DNA from: an uncultured archaeon
Lineage (GTDB): Archaea; Asgardarchaeota; Heimdallarchaeia; Heimdallarchaeales; Heimdallarchaeaceae
Length of the DNA stretch: 23,064 bases
Direction: 5' to 3'
Assembly (NCBI GenBank): GCA_964549075.1
Contig: CAZJUB010000037.1
Span: 1-23,064, forward strand
In this document: positions 1-9,951 of the stretch, in pieces
Layout of the letters: each line of letters starts with the position of its first letter
Numbering within the stretch: position 1 is the stretch's first letter
The notes under the pieces: model-generated
Told to the model about the DNA's origin: nothing
The model's input: the letters and a program-made list of their open reading frames with translations, nothing else
Database searches by the model: none
Made by a program: the position numbers and the translations under genes

Positions 1-37
1 ACTTTCTCAGAAATAGTTTATAACTCTTCTTCCAAAT

Positions 38-1558
38 TCAGCTATACTTCCCCTTCTTTATCAAGAACAACTTTATCCCTATGACTATTGCCACTCCCAC
101 TGTATAACTTAGCACCCATATCAATATGTAAGTTGTTTTATCCATCAACAATGTTGGTCTATTTATTCTTATGTAAACTATTGGTTCATCTGTTGTTATT
201 GAATACACTCCCAATGCCCATAATTGTTCAAATCTCGAAGCCATGTTTACTGTCCAAGCATTTACCTTGATACCCGCTTCATAATATGCTCTAAATTCAC
301 TGTTTCTTTTCTGGTGTGCTGTGTTGATCATATCGTACCCTGTTGCTAGAAATTCTTCTGGTGTCATATGATCGTAGAGTTCTAGCGAAATTGCTGTGAC
401 CAAATCTGGATATTCAGTTGTTACATTATTCAACCATTCAGGATTGTAAGATGTTATCCATACCTTAGAATCATAGTTAGCAGCTGTAATCACGCTTAAG
501 CAGATGTTAAAATACTGGTCGTAGAACGGGTGATTTGCTGGTGGAGTTTTAAAGTCTACATTCGCAATTAAGTTATTATTCTTAAGGTAAGTCATTTCTT
601 GCTCAAGAGTTGGAACTATTGCTGTTTGATAATCATCTAACAGATCAGCTGAGATTTCTCCCTCACTAATTTTATCATAAGGATCTTGTTCAACATACCA
701 CGCTCCTGCATTTAGTGTTTGCAATTGCGAAATGTTGAAGAAACTTGCTGGCGTATCTACTAGTGCAGGAAAACTCTCAGAAACATTTGTTGTTCGTTTT
801 AGAGTATCGTCATGCATGAGAAAGGGGACACCATCATAGCTTATCTGAACATCAAATTCCACACCATCAGCACCTATTTGAGCTGCATATGTTACAGCTG
901 GTAAGGTGTTTTCTGGAGCATATCTTGATCCCCCTCTATGAGCTATAACTAGTGGTTTGGTAGGCAATTCTCCTCTAATCACATAAACAGGTTCGAAGAT
1001 CAATGGCATTATAAGTAACCAACTGTAGAATAGACCTACAAAGACTAGAGGAGAATATTTTCTTATTTTGGGAAAGCTGATATTATCGAATTTTGTTTTA
1101 GCTCTTGCTATCATTTCATCGAGTAGCGTAAACAGAAAAATGACAAAACCTAGTGCAATAAATAAGAAAATGAACGGACTATAGTATTGAAGCATATAAA
1201 TAAGTATTGAAGTATCTTGACCAAATGTATAAACCATCAATGAGAAGAATCCGATTAAGAAAATAGTTCCAGTGAATCCTAATATTTTATTTGCAATATG
1301 CGCTCTCACTTCTTCATGTTTCTTAATATTAATACTATATTTAGTGATAAATATAAGAGAATAAAGCAAAGGAACCAGAAACACTAACATGAGAATGAGG
1401 ACATAATTAGTTTGTAAACCTAGTATATCACCAATATAATCATTAAGTTCTTTATGCATAGGTCGTAACATGAAGAAAATCGATTCTAAGAACAGTGCGC
1501 ATAGAAAAAAGACGTTGAACAAAATCAACCATTTTTTACCTTTGATGTGATTAAACAT
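38..1558 (-). CDS. Membrane-bound glycerophosphodiester phosphodiesterase (GDPD), six-TM GDE2/GDE3-like architecture
   Basis: GDPD motifs AHRGGSRYAPENT, EFDVQISYDGVPFLMHD and AWTVN...GVYSITTD; five N-terminal hydrophobic helices plus one C-terminal helix. Confidence 0.92.
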   Translation of the reverse strand: MFNHIKGKKWLILFNVFFLCALFLESIFFMLRPMHKELNDYIGDILGLQTNYVLILMLVFLVPLLYSLIFITKYSINIKKHEEVRAHIANKILGFTGTIFLIGFFSLMVYTFGQDTSILIYMLQYYSPFIFLFIALGFVIFLFTLLDEMIARAKTKFDNISFPKIRKYSPLVFVGLFYSWLLIMPLIFEPVYVIRGELPTKPLVIAHRGGSRYAPENTLPAVTYAAQIGADGVEFDVQISYDGVPFLMHDDTLKRTTNVSESFPALVDTPASFFNISQLQTLNAGAWYVEQDPYDKISEGEISADLLDDYQTAIVPTLEQEMTYLKNNNLIANVDFKTPPANHPFYDQYFNICLSVITAANYDSKVWITSYNPEWLNNVTTEYPDLVTAISLELYDHMTPEEFLATGYDMINTAHQKRNSEFRAYYEAGIKVNAWTVNMASRFEQLWALGVYSITTDEPIVYIRINRPTLLMDKTTYILIWVLSYTVGVAIVIGIKLFLIKKGKYS

Positions 1559-1692
1559 TTTAATATCATCTTCTTTGTTTGTAGATTTATTGTTTAGTCA
1601 AATAACTACAAACTAACATCTTTCAAGTAATATGACATTTAACTTTTTTTACTTTTAGTCCACTCTCGGTTACTTATGTTTAAATACTAATT

Positions 1693-1758
1693 TCTCCATA
1701 AGGTCATTGGAGATGGGTTAGTCTCTAACCTCTCTTCCACGGGGGGTAAAATACCCCC
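1693..1758. other. GC-rich intergenic patch with three consecutive short inverted repeats
   Basis: TCTCCA/TGGAGA (1693-1713), GGTTAG/CTAACC (1716-1730), GGGGGTA/TACCCCC (1742-1758), between divergent genes. Confidence 0.5.
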
Positions 1759-1878
1759 AACCCTACCCTTTCTTACTATTTTTCGATATTTAAGCACATC
1801 AATTGAGAAACACCTATAAATATTTGATTTCTTATAATTATAACAGATGCTTACTTTATTCATGAGGATTGATAGCTT

Positions 1879-2487
1879 ATGAGAAAAAAACCAGGTATTT
1901 TAGCTGGAATAATCGTTCTTGTATTTCTTTCTCAAACTCTAAGTAGAGCTGACTCTTTTCACATACCTGGCACCTTAGTTCTTGATCAAAAATATGCTCG
2001 TTACAACTCTATCTTAGTAGAAGGGTACTATTTCCTGGTTTTTGACAATACTGGTTTTCTCACAAATAATTTCAATCGTAATGATTCATATGTTATTTAC
2101 TTCTTAGAATTCTTCGAGAATGGAACAGAAGATGTAAACGGGCAAAGAAGTGTTCCTAAGAACGATTATGTTATTATTACATTTAATTTAGAACTTCCTG
2201 ATGCTTATGTTACCTACATAAGCTTTGAGATGTATACCTCCGAAAGTATCTCTAGTTTTATTGTTGACTATGAAGGACTTGCTAAATATTTCGAGCTCAT
2301 CGGAGAGATTACTGAAGAACAACAACGAACAACTCTGATTATTGTCTCAAGTGTCAGTGGAGGAATAATACTCTTACTTGCAACTAATATTGTTCTGATG
2401 AGAAATAGAGTTTATCAGAAATTAGGTAGAAAAATTAGAGCGTATAGGAATAAAAAAGCTGGAAAACGTTTCAGAGATGTAGGATAG
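1879..2487 (+). CDS. Hypothetical membrane-anchored exported protein
   Basis: Signal-peptide-like N-terminus (MRKK + hydrophobic), beta-rich body, C-terminal TM helix followed by a basic tail. Confidence 0.8.
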   Translation: MRKKPGILAGIIVLVFLSQTLSRADSFHIPGTLVLDQKYARYNSILVEGYYFLVFDNTGFLTNNFNRNDSYVIYFLEFFENGTEDVNGQRSVPKNDYVIITFNLELPDAYVTYISFEMYTSESISSFIVDYEGLAKYFELIGEITEEQQRTTLIIVSSVSGGIILLLATNIVLMRNRVYQKLGRKIRAYRNKKAGKRFRDVG

Positions 2488-2499
2488 AAAAAACAAGTC

Positions 2500-3765
2500 C
2501 TACTTCTTAGAAGTAGGAGTTTTAGAAGCGGATTTAACTTTTTCGAACATTTTTTCTCCATTTTCTAGGAAAACTTTCACAATTTTATCTCTTCTAACTA
2601 ATGCTTGATCATGACTCAAGAAGATATAATGATGATTTGAAAAAAGTGGTTTTCTTATCCAGGCTATTCCTGGAGGTAAATAAAGAGTAAAATCTTCGCT
2701 TGGGAAATCATCATTAAAGCCCATAAGTCTTCTGAAATCTTGAAGTTTGACCTTTTCTCGTTCTGTTAATTCGATGAAATAGTTAGCTTTGAGCTCAAAT
2801 GCAGACAGTTTTTGTTTGCTCAGATAATTATCGTATTTCTCTTGTAAAACTAAGGAAAACCATTTAGCTTTTCTAATTTCAATAAGTTTAGCTCCATACC
2901 TGGAGAATTCTATAGTCAAATCTCTCTTTAGTTGTAATTGTTTGAGAATAAAGATTGTCTCTTCTAGTGATATACCTAGATCCAACGCTACTGTTGTTAA
3001 GTTAACTTCTTCTTCAAAATTAAGAGAATTAACCACTAATCTTCTCTTCACATTTTTGATTATAATTGGTCTAATAATAGTATGGTAAATTAACCATAAG
3101 AACTGAATACCAATTACACCTGTGAAGATAGCTAAGTAGCCTGAGAGTGTATGATACTTTCTCCATTCCAACTCAGAAGGAGAACCTGCAACAGCTTTTT
3201 TGAATAAAGTGTGTTTGACTTTCTTATCATTAGTAAGCAAGAAGATTCTTAGAACGAAATTTGAAGCAAGAGAATAGATTATAACTATAACTAAAGCAAT
3301 TAACGCTCCGTGAAGGTCATAACTAAATCCTTCCGGTCTCCATAGAGGAATAGGTAGAGTTGCAAAGGAGACAATAGTTAACAATCTAACGATAAAAATT
3401 GTGCTTCTATATCTGGGATTTAGCTGAAAGATATATAAGTAAGTATTGAGTAAAGCTATTGCAGTTGCAGGTAAAGCAACTATGAATACCCACAGTTTAA
3501 TCGTGTAAATTGGTAGAGGATATCCACCTATCATAGAAATATCAAAGAAAATATCAGGTCTAATAAGAATGATTGAAAAACTTACAACTGAAATTATAAG
3601 TAAAAGCAATTCCGAGACCAAGTGATAGGTTGGAAACTTCCCTTTTTCTAGAGTTTTTTCATCTCCATTATTCTCATTGTTCTGTTGTTTTGGTAGAACA
3701 ACTTTTCCGTTTTCCAACTCCCTCATTTTTTCACTAGCGATCGACTCTTCATCATTCGAGGGCAT
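2500..3765 (-). CDS. Multi-pass membrane protein with a cytoplasmic winged-helix-like domain
   Basis: About 6 hydrophobic helices, then VNLTTVALDLGISLEETIFILKQL (HTH-like). Start moved from TTG 3810 to ATG 3765 because a TTTATATA box lies just upstream of 3765. Confidence 0.75.
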   Translation of the reverse strand: MPSNDEESIASEKMRELENGKVVLPKQQNNENNGDEKTLEKGKFPTYHLVSELLLLIISVVSFSIILIRPDIFFDISMIGGYPLPIYTIKLWVFIVALPATAIALLNTYLYIFQLNPRYRSTIFIVRLLTIVSFATLPIPLWRPEGFSYDLHGALIALVIVIIYSLASNFVLRIFLLTNDKKVKHTLFKKAVAGSPSELEWRKYHTLSGYLAIFTGVIGIQFLWLIYHTIIRPIIIKNVKRRLVVNSLNFEEEVNLTTVALDLGISLEETIFILKQLQLKRDLTIEFSRYGAKLIEIRKAKWFSLVLQEKYDNYLSKQKLSAFELKANYFIELTEREKVKLQDFRRLMGFNDDFPSEDFTLYLPPGIAWIRKPLFSNHHYIFLSHDQALVRRDKIVKVFLENGEKMFEKVKSASKTPTSKK

Positions 3766-3886
3766 GTTAAAAAAAGAACATCCATCGTATATAAATAAAT
3801 GCAAATACAAAAAAGTAGAAAAGATTCGGAGATTAAGTAAAAAATAGAAGAAGCAAGAAATAATAGAGAAACTAACAAGTATATAG

Positions 3887-3913
3887 AAAAAAGGAACTAG
3901 TTAGAACTAGTTC
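3887..3913 (-). terminator. Putative terminator of the propeller gene
   Basis: Inverted repeat GAACTAG/CTAGTTC directly after the stop codon, followed on the minus strand by T6 and a long pyrimidine-rich tract. Confidence 0.5.
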
Positions 3914-3916
3914 AAT

Positions 3917-5890
3917 TTAGGTTTTTTTACGTATTTTCATTATTACATACAGAACAGCAAAAGTAGTAAGAATCAAATTAGAAATCGTTGGAAATTCTTG
4001 AAGAGAAGGAATAGTATAGTGGATGTATTCGCAGTTAGAAATAGTACTGTTTATTATACCATTAGTAGCTACAACAACATAGAAATAGAAACCTTCAGCA
4101 GGAAGAGTATCAAAATAAGAATTAGAATCAACAGTAGCTAAGGGGATTAAACTGTCAACAGACCAAATAAAGGAAGTCGATCGATATACATAATATTGCG
4201 TAGCATCCTCTATAACATCCCATGTTAAAGATATACTATCGAATTCTGTAGGATTTGGCAAAATAAATGACAATTCTGGTGGTTGAAGAATTGGAGATTC
4301 TACTTCAATATATTGTAGATTCGAGAGTGCACTATCCCCTGCGAAATTATTAGCAACAATCCTGTAATAATAAAAGTTTTCAGAAGGTACAATATCTATA
4401 TATTCACTATCTGTAGTGGTTGCTATAGAACTAAAAACTTCTACTGACCAGAAGTAGGAAGTTGAGCGATATATATAATAAGATGTTGCACTCTCTACAT
4501 CATTCCAATCAAGATTAATTAAATTAATCTGTGTTGGATTGGGAATTATAGCTGCAAGTTCTGGTGTGTTTGGAGGAGTAGCAAGGATTTTATAAAAAAT
4601 ACCAAAATCAGCCCATGCAATGTGGATATTATCAATTGAGTCAACTGCAAGAGATGGTAAAATAGAAATAGCTGTGTATCCTGTGGAAACTAATTCAGTA
4701 GTAGTCCAAGAAGAGGAAGAATAAATCCTACAATTATAGAATATATTTTCTAATCCTTGCCAAGAAACATGTATGTTTCCTACAGAATCAATGGCAAGAG
4801 AAGGAAACAAAGAAGTTTCAGAGCTTTTTGAGGAAACAAGCTCTGAATTAGACCAAATTGATAAAGTAGAATCAAAGTACTTGTAGAAGATATCAGTATC
4901 TGATCCAGAGTCATCTAAATTAGTCATATCAGCCCAAGCAACATGGATATTATCAAAAAGGTCAACCACGATGGATGGAATAAAAGCCCACATTGTACTT
5001 TCAGTAGAAACAATTTCAGTAGTTGTCCATGAGAAGGAGGAAGCTAATAAACTCTTGTAGAAAACATCAGGGACTCCATCAGTATCACCACCATAATCGG
5101 TCCAATCACTCCAAACTATATGAATATTATCTGCAGAATCAACAGCAAGAGAAGGACGAAAAGAATCTAGTGTACTTTCTGTGGAAACTACTTCAGTGGC
5201 AGTCCAAGAAGCTAATCCAACATCCCATCGCTTATAGAAGATATCTCTGTCGGTTCCACTACTAGCGTAGTCAGATAAATCATCCCACACAATATGAATA
5301 TTACCCACTGAATCAACTGCAAGAGAAGGATCACTTGATTGATCCGTACTATCATTAGAAACAAGCTCTGTTGTAGTCCAAGATTGCGAAAAAGCATTCC
5401 TCTGTTTATAAAAAATTTGATGTTCACTTAAAGTTCCTGCTACTTCAACTCCTTCCCAGACCACATGAAGATTATCAGCTGAATCAGTTGTGAGAGAAGG
5501 ATAAAAAGAACCTCCAGAAGTAGAAGATTCAGTAGAAACAACCTCAGTAGTGGTCCAAGAATTGGTTTGAGGATTATATTGTTTATAAAAAATATCTGAA
5601 TCAGCACCACTACCAGCATAATTAGTTAAATCCTCCCAAACAATGTGAACTTTGTCTTTAGAATCAATAGCAAGCGAAGGAGAATTAACTTCTAAAGTAC
5701 TCTCAGTAGATACAATTTCTGTTGAATTCCATTTCCAAGGAAGCCTTTCATAAGATTCAATGGTGAAAGAATTAGGTGTCTCCTCTAATGAAGCTTTTGA
5801 GTTGAGAGAATTAAATGTAGAAGTACAAAGTAAAAAACCTATCATTAAAATACTTAAACTCATAAGAAGTCTTGTTTTTTTTGTTTTCAT
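3917..5890 (-). CDS. Cell-surface protein: 7-repeat beta-propeller, two FN3-like domains, C-terminal membrane anchor
   Basis: Seven PSLAxDSxxNIHxxW repeats; two PELxxIxPNPT...W...YYxYRSTS...Y(Y/F)Y units; signal peptide from MKTKK (ATG 5890; the track starts at TTG 5923); C-terminus QEFPT-TM-KIRKK. Confidence 0.85.
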   Translation of the reverse strand: MKTKKTRLLMSLSILMIGFLLCTSTFNSLNSKASLEETPNSFTIESYERLPWKWNSTEIVSTESTLEVNSPSLAIDSKDKVHIVWEDLTNYAGSGADSDIFYKQYNPQTNSWTTTEVVSTESSTSGGSFYPSLTTDSADNLHVVWEGVEVAGTLSEHQIFYKQRNAFSQSWTTTELVSNDSTDQSSDPSLAVDSVGNIHIVWDDLSDYASSGTDRDIFYKRWDVGLASWTATEVVSTESTLDSFRPSLAVDSADNIHIVWSDWTDYGGDTDGVPDVFYKSLLASSFSWTTTEIVSTESTMWAFIPSIVVDLFDNIHVAWADMTNLDDSGSDTDIFYKYFDSTLSIWSNSELVSSKSSETSLFPSLAIDSVGNIHVSWQGLENIFYNCRIYSSSSWTTTELVSTGYTAISILPSLAVDSIDNIHIAWADFGIFYKILATPPNTPELAAIIPNPTQINLINLDWNDVESATSYYIYRSTSYFWSVEVFSSIATTTDSEYIDIVPSENFYYYRIVANNFAGDSALSNLQYIEVESPILQPPELSFILPNPTEFDSISLTWDVIEDATQYYVYRSTSFIWSVDSLIPLATVDSNSYFDTLPAEGFYFYVVVATNGIINSTISNCEYIHYTIPSLQEFPTISNLILTTFAVLYVIMKIRKKT

Positions 5891-6018
5891 AAAATCACTT
5901 TTTTGATTATAATTTTTACTCAAAATTGAGCAAATTTACGAATTGTGTACAATATTTGAGAAAGATAAAAATATTTCCTTACATTTCCATTCAGAATTTA
6001 TAGAATAGATGAAATTTT

Positions 6019-6744
6019 TTATTTCCATCTCGTCAGTATTTCTTCTCTTTGAAATAATGATTTATTGATAAAGAATAAAACAATATCACAAATTCCAAAG
6101 ATTCCTGCAATAATTAAGAGAGAAGTTGTATTGAGGTTTAATATTTTGGTCTCAGTTAAAATGTAGATAGCAAGTATTGGGATTAGAACGATAGAAGATA
6201 ACAGTTGAGCTGAACGTATATCTGTAGCTCGAGATGAGATGATTACACAAAATTCCACACTGAAAAAGGCTGCGAGAGGAACTGTAAGGAATAATACTAG
6301 ATAAAAGAATACTTGCGGAAAATTTGCATAGCCAATTACAGCACTCATTATACCTATGTAAATACCTCCACCAATGAAAAGTATACCAATACACGGAATA
6401 ACTGCTGCTAGAATTTTCCCAAATAAGAGCTCTGAAACGGTTGTTGGTGTTGCTAACAATGGTTCTAAACTTTTTTCAACCTTCTCTCCTACAAAACTAT
6501 AAGTAGCAAGAGTCATTGGAATGACAGCTGCTAAAAGAACAAATAAAAATGAAAATGCAAGAATAATTGGTGATAAAATCTGGATATCGATACCATTTTT
6601 ATCACGAGTATACTTTAATATGAGAGGTAATCCAATTGATAAAATTAAAGGAAGTATTATTGTTACATAAAGGGTATACTTTTTCCTTATGAGTATCCCC
6701 ATATCCTTCTTAGTTATTGTCCATATATGATTAAAATTCATCAT
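6019..6744 (-). CDS. ABC-2 type exporter permease
   Basis: Six TM helices; motif SFVGEKVEKSLEPLLATP...GK; 4-nt overlap with the ATPase gene. Confidence 0.92.
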   Translation of the reverse strand: MMNFNHIWTITKKDMGILIRKKYTLYVTIILPLILSIGLPLILKYTRDKNGIDIQILSPIILAFSFLFVLLAAVIPMTLATYSFVGEKVEKSLEPLLATPTTVSELLFGKILAAVIPCIGILFIGGGIYIGIMSAVIGYANFPQVFFYLVLFLTVPLAAFFSVEFCVIISSRATDIRSAQLLSSIVLIPILAIYILTETKILNLNTTSLLIIAGIFGICDIVLFFINKSLFQREEILTRWK

Positions 6745-7682
6745 TTTTCCTCACTTCCAGTCTTTGTATCACTCTTAATTTCTTTTAGATAGATATCTTC
6801 GAGAGACGGAACAATTTCGTTAATTGATTCCACCAATCCTCCCGCATCAGTTATCGCTTGAACAATTTTTGGATTATCTCTTTTTGGATTAACGACATCG
6901 ATTGTTATTTGATTCTTTTCAATTCTAAAATTGTTTAATCCAAGTTTTCTAATACTTTTTAGTATGTTCTCAGTGACGTTATCTACTTCTACCAAAGTTT
7001 TCTTCTTTAATATCGAATGGTGAAGCTCATCTGGAGTCCCTATTGTTATCAATCTTGTTTTTAGGATCCCAATTTTATCACACACTCGATCTGCTTCGTC
7101 CAACATATGAGTGTTTAGAAAAATGGTTCTTTTTTCCTTTTTCAATTCTAACAAGGTATCTCTTACCATTTTCGTTGCTTCAGGATCCAAACTTGCAGTA
7201 GGTTCATCCAAGAATAAAATCAAGGGATCATGAATTAACGCTCGTGCAAGAGCTAATTTCTGCTTCATTCCCTTTGAAAAAGTAGCTACCAGAACATCCT
7301 TTTTTTGCCACAAATCCATCTGTTCGAGTAGCGATTTAATTCTTTCCTGGCGTTGAGTGCTAGGCACATCATACATTTTTCCATAAAAATCTAGATTTTT
7401 ATAAGCGGTCATATCTTCATAGAGTCCAACATTTTCTGGCAATAAACCAACAATCTTTCGGATATTGATACGATCAGCTTTATTTTCTAGAGAATAATTA
7501 TTGATTTTTACTTTACCAGCAGTTTTTGAGATAAGACAACATAACATTCGTACAGTAGTAGTCTTTCCTGCCCCGTTAGGACCAAGTAAACCTAAGACTT
7601 CGCCTTCATTAACTTGCAAGGTGAGATCTTCAACAGCTGTTAAATTTCCAAATTTTTTTGTTAGATTTTCTACTTCTATCAA
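6741..7682 (-). CDS. ABC exporter ATP-binding protein
   Basis: Walker A GPNGAGKTT, signature FSKGMKQK, Walker B LFLDEPT, H-loop NTH. Confidence 0.96.
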   Translation of the reverse strand: MIEVENLTKKFGNLTAVEDLTLQVNEGEVLGLLGPNGAGKTTTVRMLCCLISKTAGKVKINNYSLENKADRINIRKIVGLLPENVGLYEDMTAYKNLDFYGKMYDVPSTQRQERIKSLLEQMDLWQKKDVLVATFSKGMKQKLALARALIHDPLILFLDEPTASLDPEATKMVRDTLLELKKEKRTIFLNTHMLDEADRVCDKIGILKTRLITIGTPDELHHSILKKKTLVEVDNVTENILKSIRKLGLNNFRIEKNQITIDVVNPKRDNPKIVQAITDAGGLVESINEIVPSLEDIYLKEIKSDTKTGSEEK

Positions 7683-7697
7683 AGTAATTCATCTTCT

Positions 7698-7907
7698 TTA
7701 AGATGTCTCCAAAACGGAATCATTCTTGGTTTTTTTCGTAACGAGATTATAAACTACCCCAGCAATAAATACTACAGCTCCGAAACAGATCAGGCCTAAT
7801 AATGGGTAACTAAAACCTTTTACAATCAATATAATTAAACTTACAATAGTAATGATAAGACCTGAAACCCAAGCATATCTAAATCTATTTGGAAGCATTT
7901 TGCTCAA
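7698..7907 (-). CDS. Small two-TM membrane protein, first gene of the ABC operon
   Basis: 69 aa with two hydrophobic helices; 15 nt upstream of the ATPase gene; TTTATATAT box upstream on the minus strand. Confidence 0.7.
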   Translation of the reverse strand: MSKMLPNRFRYAWVSGLIITIVSLIILIVKGFSYPLLGLICFGAVVFIAGVVYNLVTKKTKNDSVLETS

Positions 7908-8047
7908 TCGAGGTATTGGTCAGTTTCCACGAGGTTTTTTTTAAATATATAAATGTTAATACTTCATAGAGATTTTATTACTGAGGATCACTGATTAGAA
8001 GGAGAGTAGAACTCTCTTGTTATCCAACAAATTACTTTTGATTCTCC

Positions 8048-8065
8048 TTTCACTACTTTATATAT
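8048..8065 (+). promoter_or_regulatory. Archaeal promoter, TTTC-N5-TATA type
   Basis: TTTC 8048-8051 and TTTATATAT 8057-8065; the box starts 39 nt before ATG 8096. Confidence 0.65.
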
Positions 8066-8095
8066 GATTTCCAGTATAATGTTTACAGAGCAGAC

Positions 8096-9937
8096 ATGGC
8101 TAACATTCACACAAGAACATTCATCGTCTTAATGATTATCAGTATCATTACTCTTGGAAAGGTACATTTTACTGATCAAGGCATGTGTCTGCTCACCCAC
8201 TCGTTTGACTCATCACACAAACAACTGGAAGGGGTGCTCTCGCAGACACTAGGTGAAGAGCTTATCTTCAACTATACAGACTCTTTTTCCGAGAGCACTT
8301 TCCTTTTTTCCATTCATAATCTTAATCTAACGAAATATAACGAATTTACACTTAATTTCTATATTGAAGGGGATAAATCTTCGAAAGCAGGTATATCTGC
8401 TATTTTTGAGATTGGTTCTGCTCATGTAGAATTCTTAATCGAAAAGACTCATCAACAAACAGCTGTTTATTCTCTTTCTAGAGGTTTTACCTATGATATC
8501 CCAGCTGTTGAAGATGTCAATATTTCAGCTACTCTTAGTGGTCAAGCAACTTATGGCAACAGCGGATCTTTAATCATATTAGCTAATAGTACTATCCTCA
8601 ATTTGGATACAATAGACATTACTGAAACTGAACAAGTTTTCGAACTTACACCTAGCTTTCTGCTCTTCGAGGGAAATATGGTGGGTTTGAGAGAGATTTC
8701 TGTTTCTTCTGCTTTCAATAACAGTTTCAATAGTTCATATATGGTAGATTTAACGATTAGATTCAACGCTAGTGATTTTCAATCGTTTTCAAATGAAGTA
8801 ATTCTATTAGTAGATTCGATAGAAGTAGGAAGAAGCAGTTTTGTTGAAAATTCTTTTAATGAGATTAATTTTCAATTTGAAGCTTCTTTAGGATTTGTCT
8901 TTTTAGAAATGGCTTTCCAGATTAATATTTGCACGGAAATAGTTGAGATTAGTAACATAGAGGTTACAGGAAAAGTCGTTGAAAATACTCTAAATACAGA
9001 CATTTTCAACCAATTTTCTTGGAATAATGGTATCGATGAAACAGTCAATCTCACCTCGCTTAAACCCTATTCTGCTAATAATGAGCAAATTCTCAATGTT
9101 TCATTAGATTGTAGTTTTGAAGGAACAACAGTTATTGAGGGAATCGAGTTTGATCTTTATTCAGGATCACAAAAAATCGATTCTGGAGTAATATCTGTTT
9201 TACAACAAAATGGTGAAATTCAGTCTATTAGGATTTTAACTTACTCTGACAATTACCAAGATGATCTACTACTGAAATTCTCAGCTGAAGCTACAGGTTC
9301 TGGCACTATTACAATTTTCAATTCTACTACTATCCTAATTAGAGATATTATTCATGTAACTGATAATGAATATGAAAGATATCTTGAAGAACACATCACT
9401 TTTCCAACGCCTATATATGGAGCTGTAACTAAGAATTATGTTGATATAGTTTACATTGAAAATACCACAGTCCCTTACCAACTTGAATTGCTTATGGAAC
9501 TCTCAGCTTCTGATTCAAATTTTCAAAGTATTTCTTTATCACTTTTTGTCAACGATGTAGCAATTTCAACTAAATCAATTTTAGATGAAGGAGATGTGCA
9601 TTTAGTCTTCCAAGTTGTACTGAACGAAGCATTTAACGAGATAAGGTTTTCTTTGAGTATTCTTGGACAAGGTTCAACTCTTACATTTGAAAACATGCGC
9701 TATCTACTTAAGCAAGGAGTGAATGACTCTAATAATCCATTAATACCTCAAAATGAGTTTAATATTCCATTTTTCAAAGTTCCCAAGAACATTTTCCTAG
9801 GCATCTTTGTTCTGTTTGATTGCTGGTTAGTAATGGGTATAATGATGCGTATCTATAAAGGTCGTAAACTCAGAAAGAAACAACAAGCTGAAAACGACGA
9901 GTTCATTCTAGAAATTTTTCAACTGACAAAAGAATAG
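8096..9937 (+). CDS. Membrane-anchored extracellular beta-rich protein with an internal duplication of about 246 aa
   Basis: N-terminal hydrophobic signal, many N-x-S/T sequons, C-terminal TM plus basic tail (RIYKGRKLRKK). Confidence 0.85.
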   Translation: MANIHTRTFIVLMIISIITLGKVHFTDQGMCLLTHSFDSSHKQLEGVLSQTLGEELIFNYTDSFSESTFLFSIHNLNLTKYNEFTLNFYIEGDKSSKAGISAIFEIGSAHVEFLIEKTHQQTAVYSLSRGFTYDIPAVEDVNISATLSGQATYGNSGSLIILANSTILNLDTIDITETEQVFELTPSFLLFEGNMVGLREISVSSAFNNSFNSSYMVDLTIRFNASDFQSFSNEVILLVDSIEVGRSSFVENSFNEINFQFEASLGFVFLEMAFQINICTEIVEISNIEVTGKVVENTLNTDIFNQFSWNNGIDETVNLTSLKPYSANNEQILNVSLDCSFEGTTVIEGIEFDLYSGSQKIDSGVISVLQQNGEIQSIRILTYSDNYQDDLLLKFSAEATGSGTITIFNSTTILIRDIIHVTDNEYERYLEEHITFPTPIYGAVTKNYVDIVYIENTTVPYQLELLMELSASDSNFQSISLSLFVNDVAISTKSILDEGDVHLVFQVVLNEAFNEIRFSLSILGQGSTLTFENMRYLLKQGVNDSNNPLIPQNEFNIPFFKVPKNIFLGIFVLFDCWLVMGIMMRIYKGRKLRKKQQAENDEFILEIFQLTKE

Positions 9938-9951
9938 AAAATGCAAGAGAT

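Noticed and set aside
1709-1766. Fluoride (crcB) riboswitch resemblance (GGAGATGG...AACC...CCTAC)
   Set aside because: It lacks the conserved URAUG before the pseudoknot strand, and the downstream gene is not a fluoride-related gene
4600-5730. Periodic nucleotide repeats
   Set aside because: These are degenerate coding repeats of the propeller blades, not a CRISPR array; there are no identical repeats with unique spacers
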